From positions 161,582,620 through 161,616,866 of the forward strand of contig NC_068983.1 of NCBI RefSeq assembly GCF_001194135.2: 34,247 bases of DNA. The letters are read 5' to 3'. Shown here piece by piece: positions 22,301-30,516 of this stretch (position 1 is its first letter; each line of letters begins with the position of its first letter). Source of the DNA: Octopus bimaculoides. Taxonomy: Eukaryota. Made by a program: the position numbers and the translations under genes. The notes beneath the pieces were generated by a model. It saw nothing but the letters and a program-made list of their open reading frames with translations, was not told the origin of the DNA and made no database searches.

Positions 22301-25300
22301 CTGGTTACTATTTTTGTCATGGTCTCTATAATCGGTAAGAAGTGTCAGCATTTATAATGATATACTGTGCTACATGTGATTTATCTGGCATCTAGCTAAA
22401 ATAACTTTGTTTCCTTTTTTCCCTTGTTGGCATGAGTTAGATGACACTTGATAGAGCAGTTCTCTACTGCTGGATACCTTTCTTGTTACCAACATTTTCT
22501 TGTTTTCAAGTAAGGTACTTTTATTTATTGGTGTTTGTTAAACCACTGAGTTGTAAGACATGTAAAACATAAGCAAATGTCACTGCTGCCCAAGCAATCT
22601 CAATCCAAAAGAAAATGGCAACAAACACATATGCATGTCCATTTACATACATATATATATGTATGTATATGTGATCAAACTTCTGCAGGTATCTTGAAAA
22701 ACGCACCCAGTATATTCTATAAAATGGTTGGCATTAGCAAATGCATCCAGTTGCAGAAACCATGACAGAACAGTCCTCTCGTTCATTGGATCCTGTCAAA
22801 CCATCCAGCCTATTCCAACATGGAAGACAGACTTATTTATATATGTATAGTCATCATCATTTAACGTCCACTTTCCATAGGTTGCGCAGTGAGATAGGAT
22901 CCTGCAGTTCAGAGAATAAGACTGAGACTGAACCAAAACCATGTGGCTGGGAAGCAAACGTCTTAGCTATGCAACCAAATGTGTACTGCTTTAGAAATGA
23001 CTGTCATAAATAACTACCTTAATAAAGTAACATCTCTTAATAAAACTGCTCCTTTCTGGTCCCTATTTTCAGATTAATCAGTTCTTCTACAATTGCTTTA
23101 AAAAGCTTCAACATGGCTCGCAAAGATACAACATGGAGTAATTCTGCCCTTTACAACATGGTAGAGATATGTCTTAATCCTGACAGTGACACAATTGGAG
23201 GAGAAGTCTTTGAGTCGGTGGATAACAGTGATGGGTTAGACTCGTTTTATATGTTCCTTGTTAACTAAATGTTTTCTTTTTTTGTTCTTTGTGCTGAAAA
23301 GGTTGAAGATTACAAAGTATTGGCAATAAGAATTCTGATGTTATGGTACATTATTTCACACATTTGAAAAGTAGAAATAGAATTTTTATCAAACAAGAGG
23401 TTGATATTGTTAGAACAAAGCAAACTGAGAATACAGATGTGAATACAGAAATTGCACCATCTCCACTTAAATTACTGCAAAGAATATTGGTAAAGGATTG
23501 GTGCTTATGAAGTTCTGCAAGCTTTCACTGAAAACAACCTTAATTGTGAATATAACATAAAAAAAATTGCAAGAGGAGTTTACAATAAGCGCAAGTTCCT
23601 ACACTGAGTTGTATAATGTGATATACATCATCAAAATGTAACATCGGTTTTCCATTGCTGGTATGGGCTGGATGGTTCAACAGGAGCTGATGAGCCAAAG
23701 GACTGCACCAAACTCCATTTTCTACTTTAGCATGGTCTCTATGGTTTGATGTCCTTCTTAATGCCAACCACTTTACAGAATGTACTGGCTGTTTTCTATG
23801 TGGTACTAGTATGCTTATCAAGTAACTTGCATATAAAAGCCATCAACTGAGTGGGTGTAGTACTGAGGGAGGTGGCTTTGTGCCAAGAGATAAGATAAAA
23901 TGAGATAGACAGGTACAGGTGTCTTTCTGTAGGGGTGGTACATGGTTACTCCTGTTGAAAAAGAGAGATAGTGGTGAAGATGTATCAGGACATACCCTCA
24001 AATTACAGGAAAGTGAACAGGAGAAAAATGATAGTGAGGATTAGACAGGGTGAATGTTTAGATATCATTTGGGGACATAAAAGTGGCTGTATTGCTTTTC
24101 AGCATTATCCAAAAATATCCACTGCACATACTATCACTTTACATAGAAATCAATTGAAAAATAAATTTTGTATTACAGGATTTCATGTTACAGTAAGTTT
24201 TTCAAGAACATACTACTCCCAGTCAGATTCCTGTGCTTTAATAAGCAACAGATTTTAATTACTTAATAAAGATTTCTATGATGAGTAGTATAAACTGTTC
24301 TTTGTACATGGTGACTGGATAGTATTATCATAAATATATTTTGTTCAAATTATATCAAATTCAATGTTGTCACTTTCTTAAGAAAATTAGGAAAACATTA
24401 CATTCTTTTTTTTTTTTTTTTTTTTTTTTTTTGTTAGTTATGATCAGCAGAGAACAAACAATGAACGGGTGGCTCTCAGGACTGCTGAAAAGCTGCTGAA
24501 GGTAAGATGTATAATTTTTTTTTATCCTCACTGGCATCGTAACTATCATCACTCCCACCAGCACCGTCATAATAATTATAATTGCAGCAGTTACTTTATG
24601 ATAATTAAAAATATGCTTGACACAACTGTTTTTATCCATTCCTTAACTCTCACTTAACTTGTAGTTTGGGTATACGTATTTAGCTGACTACATTACTATA
24701 CCTACACAGCTTACCCCAAATTTGTTCCAGACTGACAACTTCTAAACTGGTCTCAGGGAAAGACTATACAGTCATCTCCACCTCCAGGATATTGTTACTC
24801 AAACTCGTCCTTAAACCTCCATAATGTGCAAGGGAAGATGATAAACCAGCTATTTTGTTCATCTGGTACAGAGCTGTGAGCACTTGGCAACATTCCAGAA
24901 GCTATATGATGATCTTTGATCCACATTTGATCTTAGATCACAGCTCAGTCAAAGACTAAAGTCATCAGGTATATCTTCTAAAGGATAACCATGTATGATC
25001 TTTTGTGTAGAAATCTTTATAAATCTCTCAATATGCACCTGTGCATTATCACCCATTTTAGACTGGCACAACATAGGATGTTGGTAGCAGATGGACCGAT
25101 TATCCAAAGGATCATGACATAACAAGTAGAAATGAGTAGACTGAAAAGCAGACAAAAATAAAAAGAAACCTTTTTTAAATAGGTAATTTGTCAGGCAAAT
25201 AGAAGAGATCACAGTACAGAGGAAGAACATGGGACCACTGGGAACAACACCAAAACAACTGAATAATGTTGCAATTGAAACCCAGATTGTGAAGTTTCAG

Positions 25301-28300
25301 ATGCTTTCATTCACTATTCTGCAAGATTCCTTTCAATGTGCTTGAGAGTTGGGGAAACTTATTGTTACTAAATCTCAAACCATTTCTCCATTGAACACGG
25401 CATGAATATACTCACTATCATCATCATCATCGTTTAACGTCCGCTTTCCATGCTAGCATGGGTTGGACGATTTGACTGAGGACTGGTGAACCAGGTGGTT
25501 ACACCAGACTCCAATCTGATTTGGAAGAGTTTCTACAGCTGGATGCCCTTCCTAACGCCAACCACTCTGAGAGTGTAGTGGGTGCTTTTACATCCCACTG
25601 GCACAAGGGCCAGTCAGGCAGTACTGGCAACGGCCACACTCAAAATGGTGTTTTTTATGTGCCACCTGCACAGGAGCCAGTCCAGCGGCACTGGCAGCGA
25701 CCTCACTCGAGTGTTTTTTCATGTGCCAGTAAGGTGACACTGGTAACAACTGAGGACTGGTGAACCAGGTGGCTACACCAGGCTCCAATCTGATCTGGCA
25801 GAGTTTCTACAGCCGGATGCCTTTCCTAACGCCAACCACTCCGAGAGTGTAGTGGGTGCTTTTACGAGATAAATAAAAAAAAAGACATCTACTGTATTGC
25901 AAACTAACCAATGTTAGCTTTTCAGGGTGATGATTGAAAATATCGCTTATTTGGTCCCTAGATGAAAAATATACTCATTTTGAAATATTACCAATACTGT
26001 ACAGACAAAATGGATTTGAAATCTTAGCAAAGATGTACCAAGATGGAATCAAAAATGTACTAGAAAACAAACATTATCAGCATCATTTAAAGCTGGAATG
26101 GGTTGGACAGTTTGACAGCATCTGATGAGCCACAGAACTGTGTCAGGCCCCAATATCAGCTTTGACATGGTTTCTACAGCTGGATGCCCTTCCTAATGTT
26201 AACCACTCTACAGTGTGTGTACTGGGTGCTTTTTTCGTATCACTAGCACTAGTGAGGTTGTTCAGTAACTTGAAAGACAAAATAAAGAAAGGAAAAGGGA
26301 AAAGCAATTGAGTGGGAATGCATTTGAGAGAGGTGGAGTGGCTTCATGTGAGGTGTTGGAAGCTAAAGTACAACAGAGGGACAAGCACAGGTATTTTGCT
26401 ATAGAGGTACACAGCTTCCCTGCATTATGCAAAGGTGAGTGAGAGTAACTGTTATATGGACTGTTGGATTTGTGTTCGTCTGAAGTCCTGTGTCAATGTG
26501 GTTCATCTGAGTTCATTGTTTCATTGTTGTTGTCTTGTGTGACTGGGGTAGTAGAATGTCATTGATATATATGGCGGACATGATTCTTGTTTATTCATAA
26601 CGAACATTGGGTGAGTGCGTTCTTTGTATGTAATTGAATAATAAATGTAATAATTAAATTGTACAACTCGTTGTGTTATCTCTGTGAGTCTTTCGAGGGA
26701 AATACGACAATAACTGGATGAATGATGGAGTTGGTGGTGATGGGGTGCTAGTGCTTATGTACAAGGTACAGGAAGGCAACTATGAGGGAAAATATACATT
26801 ATGGATCACAAGGAAAGGAAAGTGTGAGAGGAGAGTGACATACAGGTAGGAATTGGACTAGAGGTGGATGTAGTGAGTGACAAGAGGGTGGAGGTGTAAT
26901 TGATGGTAAATATCAGTTTGCAGGGTGAGGTAGGAGAGACAGAAGTGGCTCAGGAAGGAGAAAGTGACAGGCAGCAATATATGTCTGTGGAGAGATCAGA
27001 AAGTTGGGAGATGATGTGCAGGGTGGGAGAATAATGAACTGTGGCAAAGATGGAGGTCAGAGGTGCATGAGGGTGGCTATAATGTGTAAAGTGACAAAGA
27101 GAGAGAGATACCAATAGAGTAAACTGGCAGGGGTACCCAGCAGTGCTTGAGTATTAAATACTCGGCAATGGTTTTGATAGGTTCTACCATTTTTTGTTGT
27201 ACATCTCTTTGAATATTTTTTGCATTAAGTTGCAAACATTGACATTGAGGAAGAAGTAACTTTTTCCATAGACCATGAATAAAGTAGGAACAACAGGGTG
27301 AAATGCCTTGGAGAAGCCACAGGAACATCGCAGGGGGTCCAACAATTGAATGTAAAGTGGTCCTGAAAAGGCGTGTTATTATTCTCACAATAGCCCTGAA
27401 AAGGATTGTTAACCGTTCACTGGGAAATAAACGTCCTTTTTCATTCACATGAAAAGCAGTGGGTGCAGTGATGCCAAAACTCAAGCCATCTGCAAGGAGA
27501 TTGAGAAGCTGTAGTGGACCAAATAAAAGAAAGACTAAAGAAACAGGTAATTTTGAAGGAATGGCAACAATAGCACTCACTCACCATAAACCAGTTTGGC
27601 AGGGAAGCTGTGGCATATTGGACGGCCTACAGCTCCTCACAGTAGACAACATTTTTCGTTTTGGCTTTCAGGGCGAACACGTAATGGTTTTTTTTGCATC
27701 TGACTCATAAGCATCCAACATGTAATTAGCCGTGCAAGAAGCATGGTTGGCCTAAATGGAGGCCTGTCGTTGTTAGTGTTTGGCCTTGAGACTTGTTGAT
27801 GGACATGGCAAAGCAAAGTCAAAGAGGGAACTGAAGTTGATGCAAGGGACATTGCTTATCTGATGGAGTAAGAGGTATCCCGGGTATAAAGACGTCTCCG
27901 ATGCCACAACCCGTAAGAATTGTTGCTTCAGTAACATGAGGCAGCACATTTTTTACCACCAACCACGTTCCGTTGCATAGACATGGTGGCTCCAGGTTCC
28001 TCAGCAGTATGACCAGAGCTCCAATTTTGAGGTGCAGTTGATGAGGCAGTAGTCCGGAGGGGTCCAAGGAATTGAGGAATTCTGTGGGAAAATTAACAGC
28101 CTCTTCTTGGTCCACAAGTGTCCACAGACATGTAGGTGTGAAGGTTTCCAGGAAGGCTTCGCAGTAGGTCTTCATTGAGTTTCACTACAAATGTGTTTTT
28201 GGGAGCTGATATGGCTCTTTTGCACAGCTAATTCAGGTTTTGGTAGTTTATGTGCAGACTGGGAAAAACAGCGGTCATAAGGTCATCCACAGTGTCCACA

Positions 28301-29133
28301 GGTGTGCTTACATGTGAGGCAGCCATCTCTCCAGCTGCATCGGAAGGAGCTGTGCCATTACCAATGGTGAGAAGTTGCTTGGAGAAGTCACCCGATAAGT
28401 TGTCACCGAAAAGCAGGGCCCTCATGTTCTGTCAAAAATGAGTGATTTAAGGGCGAAAAACTCATTTTCTACTCAGTTTTTCGCAATTGTTGGTCATACA
28501 TGGATGAATTCTGTGAAAATTGGAGTCTCTTAAAATTATCCTTAGGATGAGTAAATAATGTGTAAAAATTTGAACACAATCCACCAAAGCAGTGAGTTTT
28601 TGAAGATTTAAAGGGGAAAAAAGTGTATGAAAATTGGTTTTTTTCACAGTTTTTCATGGTTTTTTGTCACACAGTGGTGCCTTTGAACATAGAACAGATA
28701 CTTGATAGAACCACTGTTACATGGTAATTTTTTAGCCATAAATACCAACAAAATCAGACTTTCCAGTAAAAAATTTTCTACTGTGTAACTTAGCAAAAAT
28801 GCGAAAAATCAATTTTTCCAAAGTTTTTCACAATTTTCTTGGGCATCAGAGGCCTCAAGGTAGTGCTAAAATATTTGTCTAAAATGTCACTACATGACAG
28901 TCCTTTTGAGACCAAAATTATAAAAATTGGACGTTCCTGTAAAAACTTTTCTCATGTGCAACTTCTGGCTTTTTTTGTAAAAAGTGGGGGAGGGTCCCTT
29001 CAGTTTTATCAATTTTTCTCCGAAAAGGGGGTATCTCTAGGCATCGGTAATGCAGCAGTGACCTACCTGGGTGAATTTGCCATTTAATAATAAAAATTTC
29101 ATCCAAATCGGATGAAAAATGTGGAAACACATA

Positions 29134-29170
<37 letters not shown>

Positions 29171-30004
29171 TTTGAGTTTTGTAGATACAGGTAGATGGGA
29201 ATGGGATTGAGAATGATGGCAGATAGGTGAGATGTTAAACATGAAGTCTGGCAGTTCTAAGATTTGGCTCAGAGATGGGGAGAGATTACTGAAGGTGCAG
29301 AAAGTCAGGTGTTCAGTGGAAATGTCACAATAATCAACATTATGCAAAAATCTGTGTTAACTAGGACTGCTAACAAGCTCAGAAAAATTGACAAGGGTTG
29401 GGGTCTAAAATTTCTCAATCTGATTGAAAGTGTTTTCCGATGAAAAACGTTATATTTAATTTTTTGTTAGATCCTTTTTATGAATTCTCTTAAATATATT
29501 CAACACAGCCATAGATTTTGTTCAGATTAAATTTATAAAATTACTTCGTTGCTTAATTTTTTAGTGAAAGTATTTCTTACACATTTTTTATTTTTCATAA
29601 CTATCTGCATAAAATATTTACAAATTTTCCCACTAACTATTAAAAATCTTATTGGTTATTCCAGGAAATGATATTTATCTTTAACAAATTTTACTAAAAA
29701 TACATCTTTTAATCTTATAACATGAGGGATTTGATGCAGTGTGAAAAATTTCAACAAACAGAAGATTCAGTTGAACATTAGAATAAAAAGATAGAGGTTT
29801 GAAATAAAACTAACTGTAAATAGGTGTAAATGCTATATTTTCCAGAAATTCTAAGTACTTCTTTTATCTTTTGAGTAGGAGGTGAAGCCACAAGAAGATA
29901 ACACACAATTACAGATAATGAAGAACATGGTGCTAGTGAGTACCAAAAATAAAGCAAATGTCGAGAAAGCTTTGATGAATTTCATGGAAATTGTCTCTAC
30001 CTAT
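1262..30004 (+). CDS. TTC21B: TTC21B/IFT139 (TPR protein, IFT-A complex); partial spliced gene, 16 internal exons, 592 aa
   Basis: Hand-spliced exons 1262-1382, 4253-4350, 5866-6104, 8798-8870, 9931-10041, 10585-10637, 12694-12782, 14681-14807, 16744-16809, 17597-17699, 20660-20770, 21167-21248, 22184-22334, 23073-23234, 24438-24501, 29879-30004. All are AG/GT-flanked and phase-compatible with no stop. The translation is colinear with human TTC21B as I recall it ([12 protein letters not shown] ... [11 protein letters not shown] ... NMIEICLNPD ... RTAEKLLKE ... SNVEQAL). Confidence 0.96.
2106..4170 (-). mobile_element. 5'-truncated RTE-clade non-LTR retrotransposon (RT pseudogene, 3' UTR, (GAT)n tail)
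   Basis: Minus-strand translation gives [27 protein letters not shown] ... [10 protein letters not shown] ... LLYADDLVL (ORF 3556-3792), with frameshifts; the tail reads ggacgttaaatgatgatg at the low-coordinate end. Confidence 0.92.
2280..2590. repeat. About 5 imperfect copies of a ~66-bp tandem unit in the RTE 3' UTR
   Basis: Unit atggtgctttttatgtgccactgacacaggagccagtcaggtggcactggcatcgaccacactcaa repeated with variants; one copy is internally deleted. Confidence 0.85.
4253..4350 (+). CDS. TTC21B: TTC21B exon 2: (D)[32 protein letters not shown]
   Basis: ctgaag|AC is the AG that completes the phase-1 codon (G+AC = Asp); donor CAG|gtaagg; resembles human SIFLELIDVHRLNGEQ. Confidence 0.9.
4590..5600 (-). 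mobile_element. Degenerate Penelope-like element, RT region
   Basis: Minus-strand motifs in the expected order: [10 protein letters not shown] (about 5125-5155; cf. IVIKPADKG), [18 protein letters not shown] (cf. LYGRYIDD), FYKPTN (about 4620; cf. YYKPTD). Many stops. The upper boundary is approximate. Confidence 0.75.
5866..6104 (+). CDS. TTC21B: TTC21B exon 3: [38 protein letters not shown]...YANCY(R)
   Basis: ctctgcag|CAT; donor CG|gtataa (phase 2); very close to human [38 protein letters not shown]. Confidence 0.97.
6624..7450 (+). mobile_element. Older tRNA-head SINE with RTE-type tail (6624-6780 and 7180-7450), split by a younger SINE
   Basis: Head ggcgtggctgt...ggttcagttcc; body ...ggaaacagg...gcatccagctgtagaaa...gatgttaaaaggataatgatg resumes after 7180; same body at 15030-15410, 30860-31055 and 31830-32070. 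Confidence 0.7.
6790..7174 (+). mobile_element. Young tRNA-derived SINE (family 1)
   Basis: A-box-like TGGCTGTGTGGT, B-box-like GGTTCAGTCCC, central (TA/TG)n tract, tail ...ctccagcatggccacagtcaaatgactgaaacaagtaaaagagtaaaaga; near-identical copies at 10071-10460 and 32364-32764. Confidence 0.9.
7958..8296 (-). mobile_element. tRNA-derived SINE, CORE-like central domain (separate family)
   Basis: Minus strand starts atggctcagtggttagag (A box) ... gagtttgaatcc (B box) ... ttgagcaagacactttatttcatgttgctccagttcactc. Confidence 0.8.
8798..8870 (+). CDS. TTC21B: TTC21B exon 4: (R)[24 protein letters not shown]
   Basis: atttcag|A; donor GAG|gtgagt; LLLGDAYM motif. Confidence 0.95.
9659..9845 (+). 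mobile_element. RTE-type 3' tail fragment
   Basis: aaaagcacctagtacac...ggttggcattagaaagggcatacagctg...catggaaaagagtacgttaaataatgatgatg matches the LINE 3' end at 2106-2290 (reverse complement). Confidence 0.8.
9931..10041 (+). CDS. TTC21B: TTC21B exon 5: [37 protein letters not shown]
   Basis: cttgtcag|CCT; donor AAG|gtaagt; TPR repeat resembling human [33 protein letters not shown]. Confidence 0.95.
10071..10460 (-). mobile_element. Young tRNA-derived SINE (family 1), antisense, contains the N gap
   Basis: Reverse complement of 6790-7174; 4 mismatches over the ~160-bp head region; the central (TA)n tract is broken by 10 N. Confidence 0.92.
10263..10272. other. Assembly gap (10 N) at a (TA)n microsatellite
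   Basis: Literal n x10 followed by an (AT)n run. Confidence 0.99.
10585..10637 (+). CDS. TTC21B: TTC21B exon 6: [17 protein letters not shown](C)
   Basis: ttttgtag|GCT; donor TG|gtatga (phase 2); resembles human AITYYEAALKTG. Confidence 0.92.
11059..11121 (-). ncRNA. Decayed hammerhead-ribozyme-like motif at the Penelope 3' end
   Basis: Minus: TTCAGACT-CCAATGG-(stem II region)-GAAA-CTCAGAG-TA-CCGAGGATTCTGAA. The core differs from CUGAUGA by 3 transitions; TTCAGA/TCTGAA can pair. Confidence 0.35.
11330..11670. repeat. Imperfect (CA)/(TA)/(TG) microsatellite field; (GATA)n at about 11017-11046
   Basis: Visible low-complexity dinucleotide tracts; source of the spurious C/V/Y/M/H ORFs. Confidence 0.9.
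12694..12782 (+). CDS. TTC21B: TTC21B exon 7: (C)[29 protein letters not shown]
   Basis: ttttctag|C; donor T|gtgagt (phase 1); resembles human [22 protein letters not shown]. Confidence 0.94.
12989..13630 (+). mobile_element. Truncated mariner (Tc1/mariner) transposon: 5' TIR and N-terminal transposase pseudogene
   Basis: TA|TGAGGGTGGGCTGAAAAGTTC terminus. From ATG 13164: [18 protein letters not shown]...[10 protein letters not shown]...SLEDDPRSG...[23 protein letters not shown] (cf. WVPHLL)...FLILDQC (first catalytic D). Frameshifted; no 3' TIR seen. Confidence 0.88.
13825..14380 (+). mobile_element. Two RTE-type tail fragments (about 13825-13985 and 14120-14380); the second has a ~27-bp tandem repeat
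   Basis: Both contain gagcatcca...agaaaccatg and end ...gttaaatgatg; units such as catgctggtaccacatataaagcaccc are repeated at 14120-14215. Confidence 0.75.
14681..14807 (+). CDS. TTC21B: TTC21B exon 8: (Y)[41 protein letters not shown](K)
   Basis: ccattag|AT; donor AA|gtaagt; phases match both neighbours; LLARLY ... AKDLQ aligns to human LLAKVY ... ARELQ. Confidence 0.88.
15030..15410 (+). mobile_element. Older tRNA-head/RTE-tail SINE (same family as 6624-7450)
   Basis: ggttcaatccca B box, ccttgtgagtggatttgg, (TG)n, ggaaacaggtgaggg...gcatagaaaagtggac. Confidence 0.75.
15810..15980 (+). mobile_element. Young, heavily 5'-truncated RTE-type insertion with (GAT)8 tail
   Basis: Near-identical to the reverse complements of 25417-25575 and 33998-34160; perfect (GAT)8 at 15955-15978. 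Confidence 0.9.
16744..16809 (+). CDS. TTC21B: TTC21B exon 9: (K)[21 protein letters not shown](K)
   Basis: ttccctag|A; donor AA|gtaaat; EQPDAV motif as in human MEQPDAVPAQK. Confidence 0.93.
16993..17034 (-). ncRNA. Minimal type I hammerhead ribozyme motif (intact core)
   Basis: Minus: AACUGU-CUGAUGA-GCAGAAACGU-GAAA-CUCUGAG-UA-GUAGUU. Stem I is 6 bp (2 G-U). Stem II is G-U, C-G plus an A/C mismatch with a GAAA loop. Stem III is A-U, C-G, U-A around a CUG loop. Cleavage triplet GUA. Confidence 0.65.
17035..17076 (+). ncRNA. Core-mutated hammerhead copy in the opposite arm
   Basis: Plus: AAGAUGA-ACAGGAACAU-GAAA-CACUGAG-UA-GCAGAC; same layout, but CU changed to AA in the core and stems II and III are mismatched. 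Confidence 0.4.
17597..17699 (+). CDS. TTC21B: TTC21B exon 10: (K)[34 protein letters not shown]
   Basis: ttttgcag|A; donor GAG|gtatgt; resembles human [26 protein letters not shown]. Confidence 0.93.
17795..19400 (-). mobile_element. 5' half of a CR1/L2-like LINE: ORF1 pseudogene and partial APE endonuclease
   Basis: One frame from about 19240 to 18009 with only 3 in-frame stops: Cys-rich finger, Q-rich repeats, coiled-coil-like segment, [18 protein letters not shown]. Then 17797-18012 VIVYVHSNL...[11 protein letters not shown], typical of APE (GV.YRPP). No RT is present. Confidence 0.8.
18633..18890. repeat. About 3 copies of an ~81-87-bp coding tandem repeat in LINE ORF1
   Basis: Units start atggtc(g/a)atttttgttg...; peptide [26 protein letters not shown] and variants. 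Confidence 0.8.
20660..20770 (+). CDS. TTC21B: TTC21B exon 11: [37 protein letters not shown]
   Basis: ttatgtag|GTT; donor ATG|gtgagt; resembles human [26 protein letters not shown]. Confidence 0.95.
21167..21248 (+). CDS. TTC21B: TTC21B exon 12: [27 protein letters not shown](D)
   Basis: catttcag|ATG; donor G|gtgaga (phase 1); QLLEKKPD resembles human QLLERKPD. Confidence 0.93.
22184..22334 (+). CDS. TTC21B: TTC21B exon 13: (D)[49 protein letters not shown](R)
   Basis: cttgcag|AT; donor CG|gtaaga; resembles human [25 protein letters not shown]...EPGFQYCKGLY. Confidence 0.94.
22700..22975. mobile_element. Cluster: RTE tail (+, about 22700-22830), very short RTE tail (-, about 22852-22880), SINE head remnant (-, about 22920-22975)
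   Basis: ggttggcattagcaaatgcatccagttgcagaaacc; catcatcatttaacgtccactttccat; gaaccaaaaccatgtggctgggaagcaaac. Confidence 0.6.
23073..23234 (+). CDS. TTC21B: TTC21B exon 14: (R)[53 protein letters not shown](G)
   Basis: attttcag|A; donor GG|gttaga (phase 2); FNMARKD...[13 protein letters not shown]...GGEVFE is strongly conserved. Confidence 0.96.
23615..24060 (-). mobile_element. Old RTE-tailed non-autonomous element
   Basis: Degenerate catcatcaaaatgtaacatcggttttccattgc...gatgtccttcttaatgccaaccact, followed by the purine-rich body shared with 26270-26430. Confidence 0.6.
24438..24501 (+). CDS. TTC21B: TTC21B exon 15: (G)[21 protein letters not shown]
   Basis: Long poly-T, then gttag|T gives the correct phase; donor AAG|gtaaga; RTAEKLLK motif. 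Confidence 0.93.
25417..25867 (-). mobile_element. Young RTE 3' fragment with ~66-bp units and an internal duplication
   Basis: (CAT)n-cgtttaacgtccgctttccatgctagc; segment about 25474-25590 is repeated at about 25750-25866. Confidence 0.9.
26080..27120 (-). mobile_element. Old RTE-tailed non-autonomous element, interrupted by a solo LTR
   Basis: catcatttaaagctgg...ctacagctggatgcccttcctaatg tail, then a long purine-rich body; upper boundary uncertain. Confidence 0.6.
26450..26709 (+). mobile_element. Solo LTR (260 bp)
   Basis: Starts TGTTATAT, ends ATACGACA (8-bp terminal inverted repeat differing only at a CpG); flanks GTAAC / ATAAC (5-bp TSD, 1 mismatch); AATAAA at 26640-26645. Confidence 0.75.
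27124..29185 (-). mobile_element. Internally deleted Helitron with both termini
   Basis: Minus strand begins A|TC-TACAAAACTCAAAATGTGTG (29185) and ends ACTCAAGCACTGCTGGGT hairpin ... CCAG|T (CTAG variant, 27124); A|T target with no TSD; carries a PIF1 fragment in sense orientation. Confidence 0.8.
27630..28435 (-). pseudogene. Helitron PIF1-family helicase, C-terminal half, frameshifted
   Basis: LTENMRALL...[11 protein letters not shown]; [46 protein letters not shown]; [12 protein letters not shown]; [10 protein letters not shown]. Confidence 0.92.
29879..30004 (+). CDS. TTC21B: TTC21B exon 16: [42 protein letters not shown]
   Basis: ttgagtag|GAG; donor TAT|gtaagt; resembles human ELKPQ...[30 protein letters not shown]. 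Confidence 0.93.
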
Positions 30005-30516
30005 GTAAGTTATATATTTACATTGTTAGGTTATTTGTTGTTATATTATCAGATGAGATAATTTCATGCATTCTTTAAATCTTTGAAATATATTGACTAT
30101 TGTTAAGTGGCCAAAAGGAAGGAAATATTTATAATAAAATTCAACACCTATTGTTGGTGCAAGCATAGCTGTGTGATTAAGAAGTTTGCTTTCTTACCAC
30201 TACGTGGAAACTTGGGCAAGTGTCTTCTACTATAGCCATGGGCTGATGAAAGCCTTGTGAGTGGATTTGATGAGCAGAACTGGAAAAAACCCGTTGTTTG
30301 TCCTCTTTTTTTCTCTTTTTCTTTTGCTGCACTTGTAAACCAGTTGTGACAAATCTTCGCCTCCAGTAACAGAGCATTCACTATATTTTGTTTTCTATGT
30401 GTGCCATTCCTGAAGAGCACATGTATCAGATAGCTGTGTTGTTATCTAATATCTGGTGCAAAACCAATTGGTAAGATCAACTGTAGTGGATTTATAATAT
30501 TGTATTTTTTTATTGT

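Noticed and set aside
30414-30471. Possible next TTC21B exon (gaag|AGCACATG...ATTG|gtaaga, EHM...)
   Set aside because: The phase-0 reading hits TAG, and the open frame (EHMYQIAVLLSNIW) does not resemble the expected KEHIPALLGMATAYMILKQ. The true exon is probably beyond the window.
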